Part shown: piece by piece, positions 26,064 through 39,816 of the stretch
Layout: the number at the start of each line of letters is the position of its first letter
How positions within the stretch are numbered: the stretch's first letter is position 1
Source: Haliotis rubra
Taxonomy: Eukaryota
Direction: 5' to 3'
DNA: 64,000 nucleotides
NCBI RefSeq assembly: GCF_003918875.1
Contig: NW_025766936.1
Span: 558,001 to 622,000 of the forward strand
Program-made: the position numbers and the translations under genes
The notes under the pieces: generated by a model
Seen by the model: the letters and a program-made list of their open reading frames with translations, nothing else
Database searches by the model: none
Told to the model about the DNA's origin: nothing

Positions 26064-26949
26064 GTACCCAACTAATCTTAAGAAGATGTTATTTCGCTCC
26101 ACGTAAATTTGGAAAGGTGTTCTTAAATATTTCTGCATAGATCCAGGGACAACATTTAATATGGTTTTTAACTGGCTTTGTTGAAAACAACGAGATCAAC
26201 ATTTCATATCTTTGATTTAACCAAAGGAGTTAAAATACCCAGGGAAACATATCATATCACCAAACCTGACAAAGATATTGCCAATAAACTGGTATATCAA
26301 GTATTTCTAAGAATAGTTTCAGCTATATCAAAACCAACATCCATTCACAGTCGTACATGTAGTACAATTACTATCATAGTACTAGTACTATAGTTCTAGT
26401 ACCAGGTCATCTTCACACCTGATTCTGACTCAATATTTTTTATTTAACCCAAATGGCGAAAATACCAATGGTATCCTATCATCTTTGACGGGGACACAGG
26501 TAGTGCCCTTGGGGTATCCACTACTTTTATTATATTTATGAGTTTTTAGAAAAGTGACATTTTACAGCTGTGAACCTTCTTCTTGGCTCAACAAAACAGC
26601 ATCTTGTGACACAGTTCAATAAATGGCAGTGAACACAGTTGGTAAGAACGCCAGGGCATCGGATGACCAAGCTCCAGTGACGGAAACTGGTACCGATTAG
26701 CTGATCGTGGAGTCAATAGTTCACACGCACTGTGCAAGTGCGACTGTGAGTGACTGACCCGCACGCCTCGCGTTTATCTAAGTTGAAAATCCAGGATTCT
26801 ATCTACAAGTGACTATATTCCACTCGAAAGGCATCGGTCATTATCTGTACTTATATTTATTGACAGAGTAAATTGGTGATATGTTGTATCTGTCATTTTC
26901 ACAAGTGGTGCCACATTCATCAAATCACATGAACAAAATAATAATAATA

Positions 26950-27740
26950 GTTGAACAGAATAGCAACCCAACCGACTCCTTCGACCAGTCGATGAAGTCG
27001 GCTAATCTTAACAAATATGCAAAAGGCTCCCTTTTAGCTGCCCAGGACCAGTCACTTCCCACTCGCGGTCGCCAAAATGTCTTTCTTAAATAGAATACAT
27101 TAAATGTCAATCGTGCCATGAATTCACAAAGACTGTCCAACACCTTGTCAATGGGTGCACCTCCTTGGCACAAACAGCATATGTTATACGACATGATGGA
27201 AGGGCCCGTTGCTTCTATTAACGTCTTCGCCATGCCTGGGGCTTTGACTCCATCAATAGTACGACCCTGAACATGTACAGGGCGTCAGAGATAATGATGT
27301 TTTAAACTTCTTTGGAAAAGGCTCATATACAACCTGAGAAACATTCGTGCCAGCAAACCTGTTCCTGTCCTTTTTGATGAAGCTAATGAACATATTTATG
27401 TTATTGAATTTTCTGACCCTTTTGACAGCAATTGGATTAACAAGATTCAGAAAATGCATGCTAACTATCCGGCCTCGCCTTTGAAATGTCTCGCTTGCAT
27501 CCCAAGTACTCTGTCGTCAGATTCTCCATTGTTCTTGGTTTTGTACCTCCCGATCTCTTGGTGCAGATCAGGAGAGTGCTCGGGTACTCCCTTCCTGGCA
27601 CAAGTCTGTCTGTCGCTGTCTGAGCTGAGTGAAGAGGAGGCAAGGGTACATGTGCTGATGATGAGCCTTACCAGCCTGACTGTGCCTAAACCACCTGACC
27701 TCTCGCTGCTATATTAAAGTTGTAATCATTAAAACATAAG
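26950..27740 (+). mobile_element. R4/Dong-like non-LTR retrotransposon 3' remnant (CCHC plus restriction-like endonuclease)
   Basis: Frame-broken GSLLAAQDQSLPTR, CHEFTKTVQHLVNGCTSLAQTAYVIRHD, LLWKRLIYNLRNIRASKPVPVLFDEANEHIYVIEFSDPFDSN. This is the motif order of RLE-type LINEs (AAQDQ, CxxC-H-C, RHD/N, PD...D/E). Confidence 0.75.
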
Positions 27741-28651
27741 CAGCATTATTTATTTATATAGCGCCAGTTTCCAGTCCATGAAAGTTTGCTTATAGGCGTG
27801 GCTGGATGAAAATTTAAAAAATATCATCTTATCTTATCTCTCACCAAACCTGACAATGATATTGACAGTCACGAAAAACAGAAACTCGCAAAGGTGGTAT
27901 TTCTGAGAATGCTTTTAGCTTTAACAAAGCCAACATCCGGACACAAACGTAATGAAGAATTTCCGAGCAAAATTCTTTGAAAAAAAACCCCATTTATACA
28001 TTAGTGTGAAAAGGGGCGTTTTCTCGGGGCCAAACAGCATAGAAGACGAAAAGGAAGCACAAAATTATTAAATTCTTGTAATACTTTATTTATGTTATAC
28101 AGGTTCAAATACCACTGACCAACCAATCAACCTAGCCAATGAAATTAATTTCACAGGCATATTAGTTCACAACACATGTTATGACACCAATGCATTTCAC
28201 AGATGTGTTGATGTTGATGTCAATAAGATACAGCAGAGAGTGTTGTTGTGTGACACTATCATTAACAATATAACAAACAAGCACTCGCACTTAAAATTCA
28301 ACTTTATTGCATAATATATGGGTAATGACATTCTTTATTACAATTGCAGTGATGTCAGATTCAGTTTAGAAATGTATGTGCGGCGACAGTGACGACTCAC
28401 GATGGCGGGCATCCGCTTATCACACACAATATGTGATCGTAGCCTACACATCAGGTCGTGATATTTACACGTGCACGTGTCAACAATAGATTAAACTTGT
28501 ACGTCCCGAAACGGATACGTTAAACTGATGTATTCTACCGTCATTAACCATGTACGTCCCGACCACGGATACGTCTGTACAGCTGTTATTCTACCGAATC
28601 GAGACCACTGCCACATGGATTCATCATGTTCTTTTAGTATTGAACGACCAA

Positions 28652-28901
28652 ATGAGTGAGTGAGTGAGTTTAGTTTTACGCCGCACTCAGCAAAATTCCA
28701 GCTATATGGCGGCGGTCTGTAAATAGACGAGTCTGGACCAGATAATCCAGTGATCAACAGCATGAGCATCGATCTGTGCAATTGGGATACGATGACATGT
28801 GTCAACCCAATCACCGAACCTGACCACCCGATCCCGTTAGTCGCCTCTCTCGACAAGCATGGGTTACTGAAGATCAATTCTAACCCGGACCTTCACGGGT
28901 C
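28652..28901 (-). mobile_element. SINE (Nin/Deu-domain-like, Haliotis-type), 5' head absent
   Basis: (gagt)n tail, then ttttacgccgcactcagc...ttagtcgcctct..cgacaagcatggg...cttcacgggtc. Duplicated at 41570; missing from the equivalent site in units 1, 2, 3 and 6. Family name is from memory. Confidence 0.75.
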
Positions 28902-29291
28902 CCATCAACATATGATAACGTTTGTCAAAGGGACATACATAACCATGCCATACTTGTAATGTTATACCACAGTAGAAATACCTATCTCATGCACACTTAA
29001 AACTATCATCAACAAACACATATAATAACATAATGACTGACAGGTCAATAGGTAAACAACAGAACTGTCAACAGTCATTGAATGTTGTCAGCAACACATA
29101 CTGACATTGTACAAATATTATTCTCCTATCTGTACAACTGTGGGCATCGCCGTATCTGGTGCGAGTCACCTATATATTCCCCGCTAAGTGCCATTCAAAT
29201 CATTAAGTATTATACTAGAGTATTCTCTCTGTGTCCTTAGGTTGCTAATGTCAGACAGATTATATTTACAGAAATCATCGTTTTCGTTACA

Positions 29292-30545
29292 TTAGAAATG
29301 TGACATCTTCAGAAACACACACACTGTTGCTATGATGAACAGCATGAAAAACAAAAAGAAAAATATCCTGCTCATCATTCTGCTGACTCGCTTCCAGGTC
29401 ACTGGTGGTGGATTGCATGATTCATTCGACTTCTTGTCCAGTGACAGGATCTCCGTACCAACAGCAGGAGTGCCAAGGATGCATCTCTCCCAGGACCTTG
29501 TCATACGTCCAATCCACGACGGAACAGGTTTGATGGCTGCGTCCCGATGGAACACTTGCACGATCCAGATGGTCAGGAACACGTAGAGAGAGCTCATAAT
29601 AAACATGCCAACAAGAAAGATAGTAAACATAGGTAACGAGTCACCATTCTGTGGCAGCAGTCCAGTGACGAAGGACAGGGATACAGTGAAAGACAGCAAC
29701 ACCGTGATGGCAAAGGACAGCTTCTCGCCAGACTCCACAGGAATGAGGAACACCACCACATTCACTAATCCCAGCACCAGGACAGGCAGGAGGGTTGTCA
29801 GAATCGCCAAAGATGGCTTTCTCTTCAGGCTCATTTTGTAGTATACAAAAGGAATATATCTGCCACTGGTTTCAAAGACAACCCTTGACGCAGATGTGTT
29901 GATGATATCCCACTGACCGTTAGAATTAAATAAATCTAATCCTATTGAGTTATTAGTCGGTCTTAAATCAACTTCTTTCAGACCATTTCTCCAGTCAAAC
30001 GTCTTATATATACACTCCTGTTCATCCAAAGGAAAGTTGGTAACATCCATTTGGCAGAAAGTCTTGAAGGTATCGCCAGGTGCCCATGTTACAATTCCTT
30101 CGGCGGTAACTTTAATGACCCCAAAGTCGAGTCCCAGGGGCTCAACGTCAACCACCTGGTTCCGGATTGTGATGTAAGGTCTCCAAACCTTCCCATAGTC
30201 AGGATTTATTTCACTGATTCCTCCATACTCACTGGCGTTCCAGGTTAGAAACTCATCTTTCCAGGAAACTAAGAAAAACCCGTTAGCTGTCACTGTTTGA
30301 GTAACTTCATCAAAATCAGACATGCTGAGAAGGTAAAATTCTAAAGAGACCGTGATAGAGTCACTGCTGTTCTTGACTGGTCTGACATTTTGGTTGTTGT
30401 TTGTGATGATGTCATTGTGTAGTCGAAGTACATGGTGGTCGTCCTGACCTCTAGATGCCCCCAGGAACAACAGCAGACACAGTCCACATGTCACTACCTT
30501 GAGATGACGCAGCCCTAGCTCTGTGAACAGCCCCAACACGTACAT
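29292..30545 (-). CDS. Divergent nAChR-like Cys-loop receptor subunit, copy 4 (417 aa)
   Basis: Full-length paralog. Loop C RVVFETSGRYIPF; GEKL. Confidence 0.95.
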   Translation of the reverse strand: MYVLGLFTELGLRHLKVVTCGLCLLLFLGASRGQDDHHVLRLHNDIITNNNQNVRPVKNSSDSITVSLEFYLLSMSDFDEVTQTVTANGFFLVSWKDEFLTWNASEYGGISEINPDYGKVWRPYITIRNQVVDVEPLGLDFGVIKVTAEGIVTWAPGDTFKTFCQMDVTNFPLDEQECIYKTFDWRNGLKEVDLRPTNNSIGLDLFNSNGQWDIINTSASRVVFETSGRYIPFVYYKMSLKRKPSLAILTTLLPVLVLGLVNVVVFLIPVESGEKLSFAITVLLSFTVSLSFVTGLLPQNGDSLPMFTIFLVGMFIMSSLYVFLTIWIVQVFHRDAAIKPVPSWIGRMTRSWERCILGTPAVGTEILSLDKKSNESCNPPPVTWKRVSRMMSRIFFFLFFMLFIIATVCVFLKMSHF

Positions 30546-31573
30546 CCTCTACCTTGTACTTCAGCAGCAATGTGGGTATCCTGTTAGGCTGTAAGGCAGT
30601 AGTGCCGAGTCACGGCGTAAATCAAATAAAGAGGGTTTTCTGATTTGTCGTCGACTATAGCTTTTACCTCTACATTGTTGGAATTGGGCTTTGAGTCAGT
30701 GCTTCTATTAGAGTTAATCTATCACCAACTATCATAAAATACTTTGTGATGGAGGTGCCTACCAAAGCACTAACTCAGCTCAATTAAGGGCTAAATCGTT
30801 TTCCGTGTATCAGCCATACTGCTAAATGTGATTCATTAATACCTGCAAAGAATAGCAAACAGAAACTATGCAGTGTTACATTGATTCATTGATGCCTGAA
30901 GGATATATAGTAACTGACACAGACAAACACGGTTTACAAAATGTTGACAATGGGACCGTTATGACAAAAGCTGATTAATTACAGCAAGTTTAGATGAATA
31001 ATCTTCCTCTTTCTCTATAGCTGTAGTGCATTGACCGCACACTGTTTACATTATTTATGAAGCAGGAACAACACAGGTCCACTTATGAGCTATCCCGTGT
31101 ACATCTCTGCACAATAGTCTGTAAAATATCAGATTTCAGAGTGAGAGGTTTCAGACATGACAATAAAATACAGGCTGCTAAACCCTTTCCATTATCATAA
31201 ACATCGCTGTTAAAAGAACCATTTGCACGATGCCGACCCACCATTGATTCCAGGGAAACGTATTTCTAACTGTTCCCTTGTGCTCACGCTCCATTACTTC
31301 TCTGTTTCAGTTCTCCTATGGCTTCATCGGTTTTGATTTCTCGTCTTGTTTTATCACTGTATCGCCGTAAGTCTTAACCTCCCTCTTGGCCTTTATGGGG
31401 TCACATGTAGGCCTGTGAAAGCAATGGTCAAATGTTTAAATATTCACTTAAATATATTCGTAATATATAGTAGTTTTAGATGCGGTTGTATTTGTTTAAA
31501 AACTAAGGCTATAAGCATTGAATTTAATATCGAAAATCCGTGTGATTGAAAGGAATCATAAATGATTAGCATA

Positions 31574-31956
31574 TATAGTCCGTTTGGCTCAAAAGCGGAC
31601 TGATGAATTGCAATCTAACTCGAAAACTAATAAACACAAAATACTCAATAAAACACTGATCACATTCAAAACATCAGACCAACTCTGTGATTTGTTTGTA
31701 AAATTTATGTCCTAAAATTAATAAAGTTGTTTAACAAACTATCATTAAAATTTTGACACAGTTCACTATTTGTCACGAGGGAGGTGTGCAGAGAAAGGGA
31801 CAGCCAGGTATTTTTAGGACATAAATTCTGCAAACAAATTACAGAGTTGGTCTGACGTTTTGATTATGATCAGTGTTTCATTGAGTATTTTTATGTTTAT
31901 TAGTTTCAGAGTTAGATTGCAATTCATCAGTCCGCTTTTTAGCCAAACGGACTATA
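31574..31956. mobile_element. MITE with ~145-bp inverted arms inserted at TA
   Basis: tatagtccgtttggctcaaaagcggactgatgaattgcaatctaact... and ...agttagattgcaattcatcagtccgctttttagccaaacggactata. Empty site (atatataatagtattttata) at 46921 in unit 5. Confidence 0.9.
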
Positions 31957-32289
31957 ATAATATTTTATAAAGATTTCCATTCCTATTGACCAAGGGTTAT
32001 TGACGCTCTCGGAAATATACAATCATAATAATCATTATCAATGTCATTCCTAAATCGGACAAGCGCGTATTCTTAACTAGCCCAAGATGAAGAAACATAC
32101 TCCAACAAATTCATGTCAGACTTGTCATTACAGGGAAACATCTCCCCAACTTTCAAGGTATTGAATAATGGAAAGGGCTTATAGTCTATATTCTGGATTA
32201 ACTTGTATTTGACGTTGCTTTCGTTGCGCAGCTACAATCGGAGAACGGAAAAAAGAATAACCGGATAACATGACAAATTAAAAAGCAAG

Positions 32290-35200
32290 TCGTCAAGAAT
32301 GACCACGCCACACTATCAACCAAGTCATCAAGCATGACCACCCCAAACGATATACCAAGTCATCAAACATGACCATGCCACACTATCAACCAAGTCATCA
32401 AACATGACAATACAACACTATCAACCAAGTCATCAAGCATGACAATACTACACTATCAACCAAGTCATCAAGCATGACAATACAACACTATCAACCAAGT
32501 CATCAAGCATGACAATACAACACTATCAACCAAGTCATCAAGCATGACAATACAACACTATCAACCAAGTCATCAAGAATGACAATACAACACTATCAAC
32601 CAAGTCATCAAACATGACAATACAACACTATCAACCAAGTCATCAAACATGACAATACCACACTATCAACCAAGTCATCAAGCATGACAATACAACACTA
32701 TCAACCAAGTCATCAAGCATGACAATACTACACTATCAACCAAGTCATCAAGCATGACAATACAACTCTATCAACCAAGTCATCAAGCATGACAATACTA
32801 CACTATCAACCAAGTCATCAAGCATGACAATACTACACTATCAACCAAGTCATCAAACATGACAATACTACACTATCAACCAAGTCATCAAACACGACAA
32901 TACCACACTATCAACCAAGTCATCAAGCATGACAATACAACACTATCAACCAAGTCATCAAGCATGACAATACAACACTATCAACCAAGTCATCAAGCAT
33001 GACAATACTACACTATCAACCAAGTCATCAAACATGACAATACAACACTATCAACCAAGTCATCAAGCATGACAATACTACACTATCAACCAAGTCATCA
33101 AGCATGACAATTCAACACTATCAACCAAGTCATCAAGCATGACAATACCACACTATCAACCAAGTCATCAAGCATGACAATACAACACTATCAACCAAGT
33201 CATCAAGCATGACAATACTACACTATCAACCAAGTCATCAAACATGACAATACAACACTATCAACCAAGTCATCAAACATGACAATACCACACTATCAAC
33301 CAAGTCATCAAACATGACAATACAACACTATCAACCAAGTCATCAAGCATGACAATACTACACTATCAACCAAGTCATCAAGCATGACAATACCACACTA
33401 TCAACCAAGTCATCAAGCATGACAATACCACACTATCAACCAAGTCATCAAGCATGACAATACAACACTATCAACCAAGTCATCAAGTATGACAATACTA
33501 CACTATTAACCAAGTCATCAAGCATGACAATACTACACTATCAACCAAGTCATCAAACATGACAATACTACACTATCAACCAAGTCATCAAACACGACAA
33601 TACCACACTATCAACCAAGTCATCAAGCATGACAATACAACACTATCAACCAAGTCATCAAGCATGACAATACAACACTATCAACCAAGTCATCAAGCAT
33701 GACAATACTACACTATCAACCAAGTCATCAAACATGACAATACAACACTATCAACCAAGTCATCAAGCATGACAATACTACACTATCAACCAAGTCATCA
33801 AGCATGACAATTCAACACTATCAACCAAGCCATCAAGCATGACAATACCACACTATCAACCAAGTCATCAAGCATGACAATACAACACTATCAACCAAGT
33901 CATCAAGCATGACAATACTACACTATCAACCAAGTCATCAAACATGACAATACAACACTATCAACCAAGTCATCAAACATGACAATACCACACTATCAAC
34001 CAAGTCATCAAACATGACAATACAACACTATCAACCAAGTCATCAAGCATGACAATACTACACTATCAACCAAGTCATCAAGCATAATAATACAACACTA
34101 TCAACCAAGTCATCAAGCATGACAATACCACACTATCAACCAAGTCATCAAGCATGACAATACAACACTATCAACCAAGTCATCAAGCATGACAATACAA
34201 CACTATCAACCAAGTCATCAAACATGACAATACAACACTATCAACCAAGTCATCAAACATGACAATACCACACTATCAACCAAGTCATCAAGCATGACAA
34301 TACAACACTATCAACCAAGTCATCAAGCATGACAATACTACACTATCAACCAAGTCATCAAGCATGACAATACAACTCTATCAACCAAGTCATCAAGCAT
34401 GACAATACTACACTATCAACCAAGTCATCAAGCATGACAATACTACACTATCAACCAAGTCATCAAACATGACAATACTACACTATCAACCAAGTCATCA
34501 AACACGACAATACTACACTATCAACCAAGTCATCAAGCATGACAATACAACACTATCAACCAAGTCATCAAGCATGACAATACAACACTATCAACCAAGT
34601 CATCAAGCATGACAATACTACACTATCAACCAAGTCATCAAACATGACAATACTACACTATCAACCAAGTCATCAAACATGACAATACCACACTATCAAC
34701 CAAGTCATCAAACATGACAATACCACACTATCAACCAAGTCATCAAACATGACAATACTACACTATCAACCAAGTCATCAAGCATGACAATACAACACTA
34801 TCAACCAAGTCATCAAGCATGACAATACCACACTATCAACCAACTTAACAAGCATGACAATACCACACTATCAACCAACTTAACAAGCATTACCATGCCA
34901 CACTATCAACCAAGTCATCAAGCATGACAATACCACACTATCAACCAAGTCAACAAGCATGACAATACCACACTATCAACCAAGTCAACAAGCATGACAA
35001 TGCCACACTATCAACCAACTTAACAAGCATGACAATACCACACTATCAACCAAGTCATCAAGCATGACAATGCCACACTATCAACCAACTTAACAAGCAT
35101 TACCATGCCACACTATCAACCAAGTCATCAAGCATGACAATACAACACTATCAACCAAGTCATCAAGCATGACAATACCACACTATCAACCAAGTCAACA

Positions 35201-36925
35201 AACATGACAATGCCACACTATCAACCAAGTCATCAAGCATGACAATACTACACTATCAACCAACTTAACAAGCATGACAATACCACACTATCAACCAAGT
35301 CAACAAGCATGACAATACCACACTATCAACCAAGTCAACAAGCATGACAATACCACACTATCAACCAAGTCAACAAGCATGACAATGCCACACTATCAAC
35401 CAAGTCAACAAGCATGACAATACCACACTATCAACCAAGTCAACAAGCAAGACAATGCCACCCTATCAACCAAGTCAACAAGCCTGACCATGCCACACTA
35501 TCGACCAAGTCATCAATCATAACCACGCCGAAAGATATACCAGGTCATCAATCATGACCACGCCGAACGATATACCAAGTCATCAAGCATTACCACGCCA
35601 CACTATCAACCAAGTCATCAAAAATGACAATGCAACACTATCAACCAAGTCATCAAACATGACAATTCCACACTATCAACCAAGTCATCAAGCATGACAC
35701 TACCACACTATCGACCAAGTCATCAAGCCTGACAATACTACACTATCAACCAAGTCATCAAGCATGACAATACCACACTATCCACCTAGTCATCAAGAAT
35801 GACAATACCACACTATCAACCAAGTCATCAAACATGACAATACCACACTATCAACCAAGCCATCAAACATGACAATGCGACACTATCAACCAAGTCATCA
35901 AACATGACAATGCAACACTATCAACCAAGTCATCAAGCATGACAATACCACACTATCGACCAAGTCATCAAGCATGACAATACTACACTATCAACCAATT
36001 CATCAAGCCTGACCATGCCACACTATCGATCAAGTCATCAACCCTGACCATGCCACACTATCGATCAAGTCATCAAGCCTGACCATGCCACACTATCAAC
36101 CAAGTCATCAAGCCTGACCATGCCACACTATCAACCAAGTCATCAAGCCTGACAATGCCACACTATCGACAAAGTCATATAGCATGACAATGCCACACTA
36201 TCGATCAAGTCATCAAGCCTGACCACGCCACACTATCGACCTAGTCATCAAGCCTGACCATGCCACACTATCGACCAAGTCATCAAGCATGACCATGCCA
36301 CACTATCGATCAAGTCATCAAGCCTGACCATGCCACACTATCGATCAAATCATATAGCATGACCATGCCACACTATCGATCAAATCATATAGCCTGACCA
36401 TGCCACACTATCGACCAAGTCATCAAGCATGACCATGCCACACTATCGATCAAGTCATCAAGCATGACCATGCCACACTATCAACCAAGTCATCAAGCAT
36501 GACCATGCCACACTATCGACCTAGTCATCAAGCCTGACCATGCCACACTATCAACCAAGTCATCAAGCCTGACCACGCCACACTATCAACCAAGTCATCA
36601 AGCATGACCATGCCACACTATCGACAAAGTCATATAGCATGACCGTGCCACACTATCGACCAAGTCATCAAGCATGACCATGCCACACTATCGATCAAGT
36701 CATCAAGCCTGACCATGCCACACTGTCGATCAAATCATATAGCATGACCATGCCACACTATCGACCAAGTCATCAAGCCTGACCATGCCACACTATCAAC
36801 CAAGTCATCAAGCCTGACCATGCCACTCTATCAACTAGGTCATCAAGCCTGACCATGCTACACTATCAACCAACTCATCAAGCCTGACCATGCCACACTA
36901 TCGACCAATCATTCAAGCAGGACCA
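32290..36925. repeat. 35-bp satellite array upstream of copy 4 (~130 copies)
   Basis: Unit caagtcatcaagcatgacaatac(a/t/c)acactatcaac. The distal part (~36000-36900) switches to the unit-3 type (catgccacac). Confidence 0.95.
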
Positions 36926-38039
36926 CCAGATCCCTGAATTAAGTGCCGGTCAGTGAGGACATGTGAAACCAAAAGGTCAGTGTACGGGAACGTATCGTGT
37001 TGTCATCTTGACATGCTGACAGTGATGTGTATTCGCCTTATTTTTCTGTCTACAATAAAATCAATGGAATGACTAAACCTGACCTTTGTTGTTAAAACAG
37101 TGATTGAAAATCTTTGATGAGAGCAAATTATTTTTGTCCAATTAAATTTGAACAATATGGACGTGCTCTTAGTACCCAACTTATCTTAAGAAGATGTTAT
37201 ATCGCTCCACGTACATTTGGAAAGGTGTTCTTAAATATTTCTGCATAGGTCCAGGGACAACATTTAATATGGATTTTAACTGGCTTTGTTGAAAACAACG
37301 AGATCAACATTTCATATCTTTGATTTAACCAAGGGAGTTAAAATACCCAGGGAAACATATCATATCACCAAACCTGACAAAGATATTGCCAATAAACTGG
37401 TATATCAAGTGTTTCTAAGCATAGTTTCAGCTTTATCAAAACCAACATCCATTCGCAGTTGTCAATGTAGTACAATTACTATCATAGTACTAGTACTATA
37501 GTTCTAGTACCAGGTCATCTTCAGACCTGATTCTGACTCAATATTTTTGATTTAACCCAAATGGCAAAATAGCAACGGTATCATCTTTGACGGGGACACA
37601 GGTAGTGCCCTTGGGGTATCCACTACTTTTATTATATTTATGAGTTTTTAGAAAAGTGACATTTTACAGCTGTGAAACTACTTCTTGGCTCAACAAAACA
37701 GCATCTTGTGACACAGTTCAATAAATGGCAGTGAACACATTTGGTAAGAACGCCAGGGCATCGGCTGACCAAGCTCCAGTAACGGAAACTCGCACCGATC
37801 AGCTGATCGTGGAGTCAATAGTTCACCCGCACTGTGCAAGTGCGACTGTGAGTGACTGTCCCGCACGCCTCGCGTTAATCTAAGTTGAAAATCCATCTAC
37901 AAGTGACTATATTCCACTCGAATGGCATCGGTCATTATCTGTACTTATATTTATTGACAGAGTAAACAGGTGATATGTTGTATCTGTCATTTTCACGAGT
38001 GGTGCCACATTCATCAATTCACATGAACAAAATAATAAT

Positions 38040-39070
38040 AATAGTTGAACAGAATAGCATCCCAACCGACTCCTTCGACCAGTCGATGAAGTCGGCTAAT
38101 CTTAACAAATATGCAAAAGGCTCCCTTTTTGCTGCCCAGGACCAGTCACTTCCCACTCGCGGTCGCCAAAATGTCTTTCTTAAATAGAATACATTAAATG
38201 TCAATCGTGCCATGAATTCACAAAGACTGTCCAACACCTTGTCAATGGGTGCACCTCCTTGGCACAAACAGCATATGTTATACGACATGATGGAAGGGCT
38301 CGTTGCTTCTATTAACGTCTTCGCCATGCCTGGGGCTTTGACTCCATCCATAGTCCGACCCTAAACATGTACACGGCGTCAGAGATGCCTGGGGCTGACT
38401 CCACCTATAGTCCGACCCTGAACATGTACAAGACGTCAGAGATGCCTGGGGCTTTTGACTCCATCCATAGTCCGACCCTGAACATGTACAAGACGTCAGA
38501 GATGCCTGGGGCTTTTGACTCCATCCATAGTACGGCCCTGAACATGTACAGGACGTCAGAGATGCCTGGGGCTTGACTTCACCCGTAGTACGGCCCTGAA
38601 CATGTACACGGCGTCAGAGATAATTATGTGTTTAAACTGCTTTGGAAAAGGCTCATATACAACTTGAGAACAATTCCTGCCAGCAAACCTGTTCCTGTCC
38701 TTTTTTATGAAGCCAATGAACGTATTTATGTTATTGAATTTTCTGAACCTTTTGACAGCAATGGGATTACCAAGATTCAGAAAATGCATGCTAACTATCC
38801 GTCCCTCGCCTTTGACATGTCTCGCTTGCATCCCAAGTACTCTGTCGTCAGATTCTCCATTGTTCTTGGTTTTGTACCTCCCGATCTCTTGGTGCAGATC
38901 AGGAGAGTGCTCGGGTACTCCCTTCCTGGCACAAGTCTGTCTGTCGCTGTCTGAGCTGAGTGAAGAGGAGGCAAGGGTACCTGTGCTGATGATGAGCCTT
39001 ACCAGCCTGACTGTGCCTAAACCACCTGACCTCTCGCTGCTATATTAAAGTTGTAATCATTAAAACATAA
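38040..39070 (+). mobile_element. Second, duplicated copy of the R4/Dong-like remnant
   Basis: Near-identical to 26950-27740. ORF 38628-38954 KLLWKRLIYNLRTIPASKPVPVLF...IYVIEFSEPFDSN...YPSLAFDMSRLHPKYSVVRFSIVLG is RLE endonuclease-like. Confidence 0.75.
38325..38622. repeat. ~58-60-bp tandem repeat (5 copies) inside the R4-like remnant
   Basis: atgcctggggct(tt)tgactccatccatagtccgaccctgaacatgtacaagacgtcagag repeated. Single copy at ~27232. Confidence 0.9.
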
Positions 39071-39663
39071 GCAGCATTATTTATTTATATAGCGCCAGTT
39101 TCCAGTCCATGAAAGTCTGCTTATAGGAGCTGCCTGGATGAAAATTTCAAAAATATCATCTAATCTTATCTCTCACCAAACCCGAGACAGTCACGAAAAA
39201 CAGAAACTCGCAAAGGTGGTATTTCTGAGAATACTTTCAGCTTTAACAAAGCCAACATCCGGACACAAACGTAATGAAGAATTTCCGAGCAAAATTCTTT
39301 GAAATAAATCCCCATTTATACATTAGTGCGAAAAGAGGTGTTTTTCTCGGGGCCAAACAGCATAGAAGACGAAAAGGAAGCACAAAATTATTATATTTCT
39401 TGTAATACTTTATTTATGTTATACAGGTTCAAATACCACTGACCAACCAATCAACCTAGCCAATGAAATTAATTTCACAGGCATATTAGTTCACAACACA
39501 TGTTATGACACCAATGCATTTCACAGCAGACAGTGTTGTTATGTGACACTAGCATTAACACTATAACAAACAAGCACTCACACTTAAAATTCAACTTTAT
39601 TGCATAATATATGGGTAATGACTTTCTTTATTACAATTGCAGTGATGTCAGATTCAGTTTAGA

Positions 39664-39816
39664 GTGATTGAGTGAGTTAAAATTTAAAGTCACATCGGCA
39701 ATATTTCAGCCATATCGTGACTAAAACTAGTTCTAAATTTATAATACATACAGATAATATATAAAACCCTGTCAACGAAGGACAGTAAAACCACTAGAGT
39801 ATAACAAAATGAGTTA
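39664..39816 (-). mobile_element. Short retroposed 3' fragment with a 14-bp TSD
   Basis: agattcagtttaga duplicated at 39650-39663 and 39817-39830. Empty site at ~28357. (gagt)-type tail similar to that of the SINEs. Confidence 0.85.
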
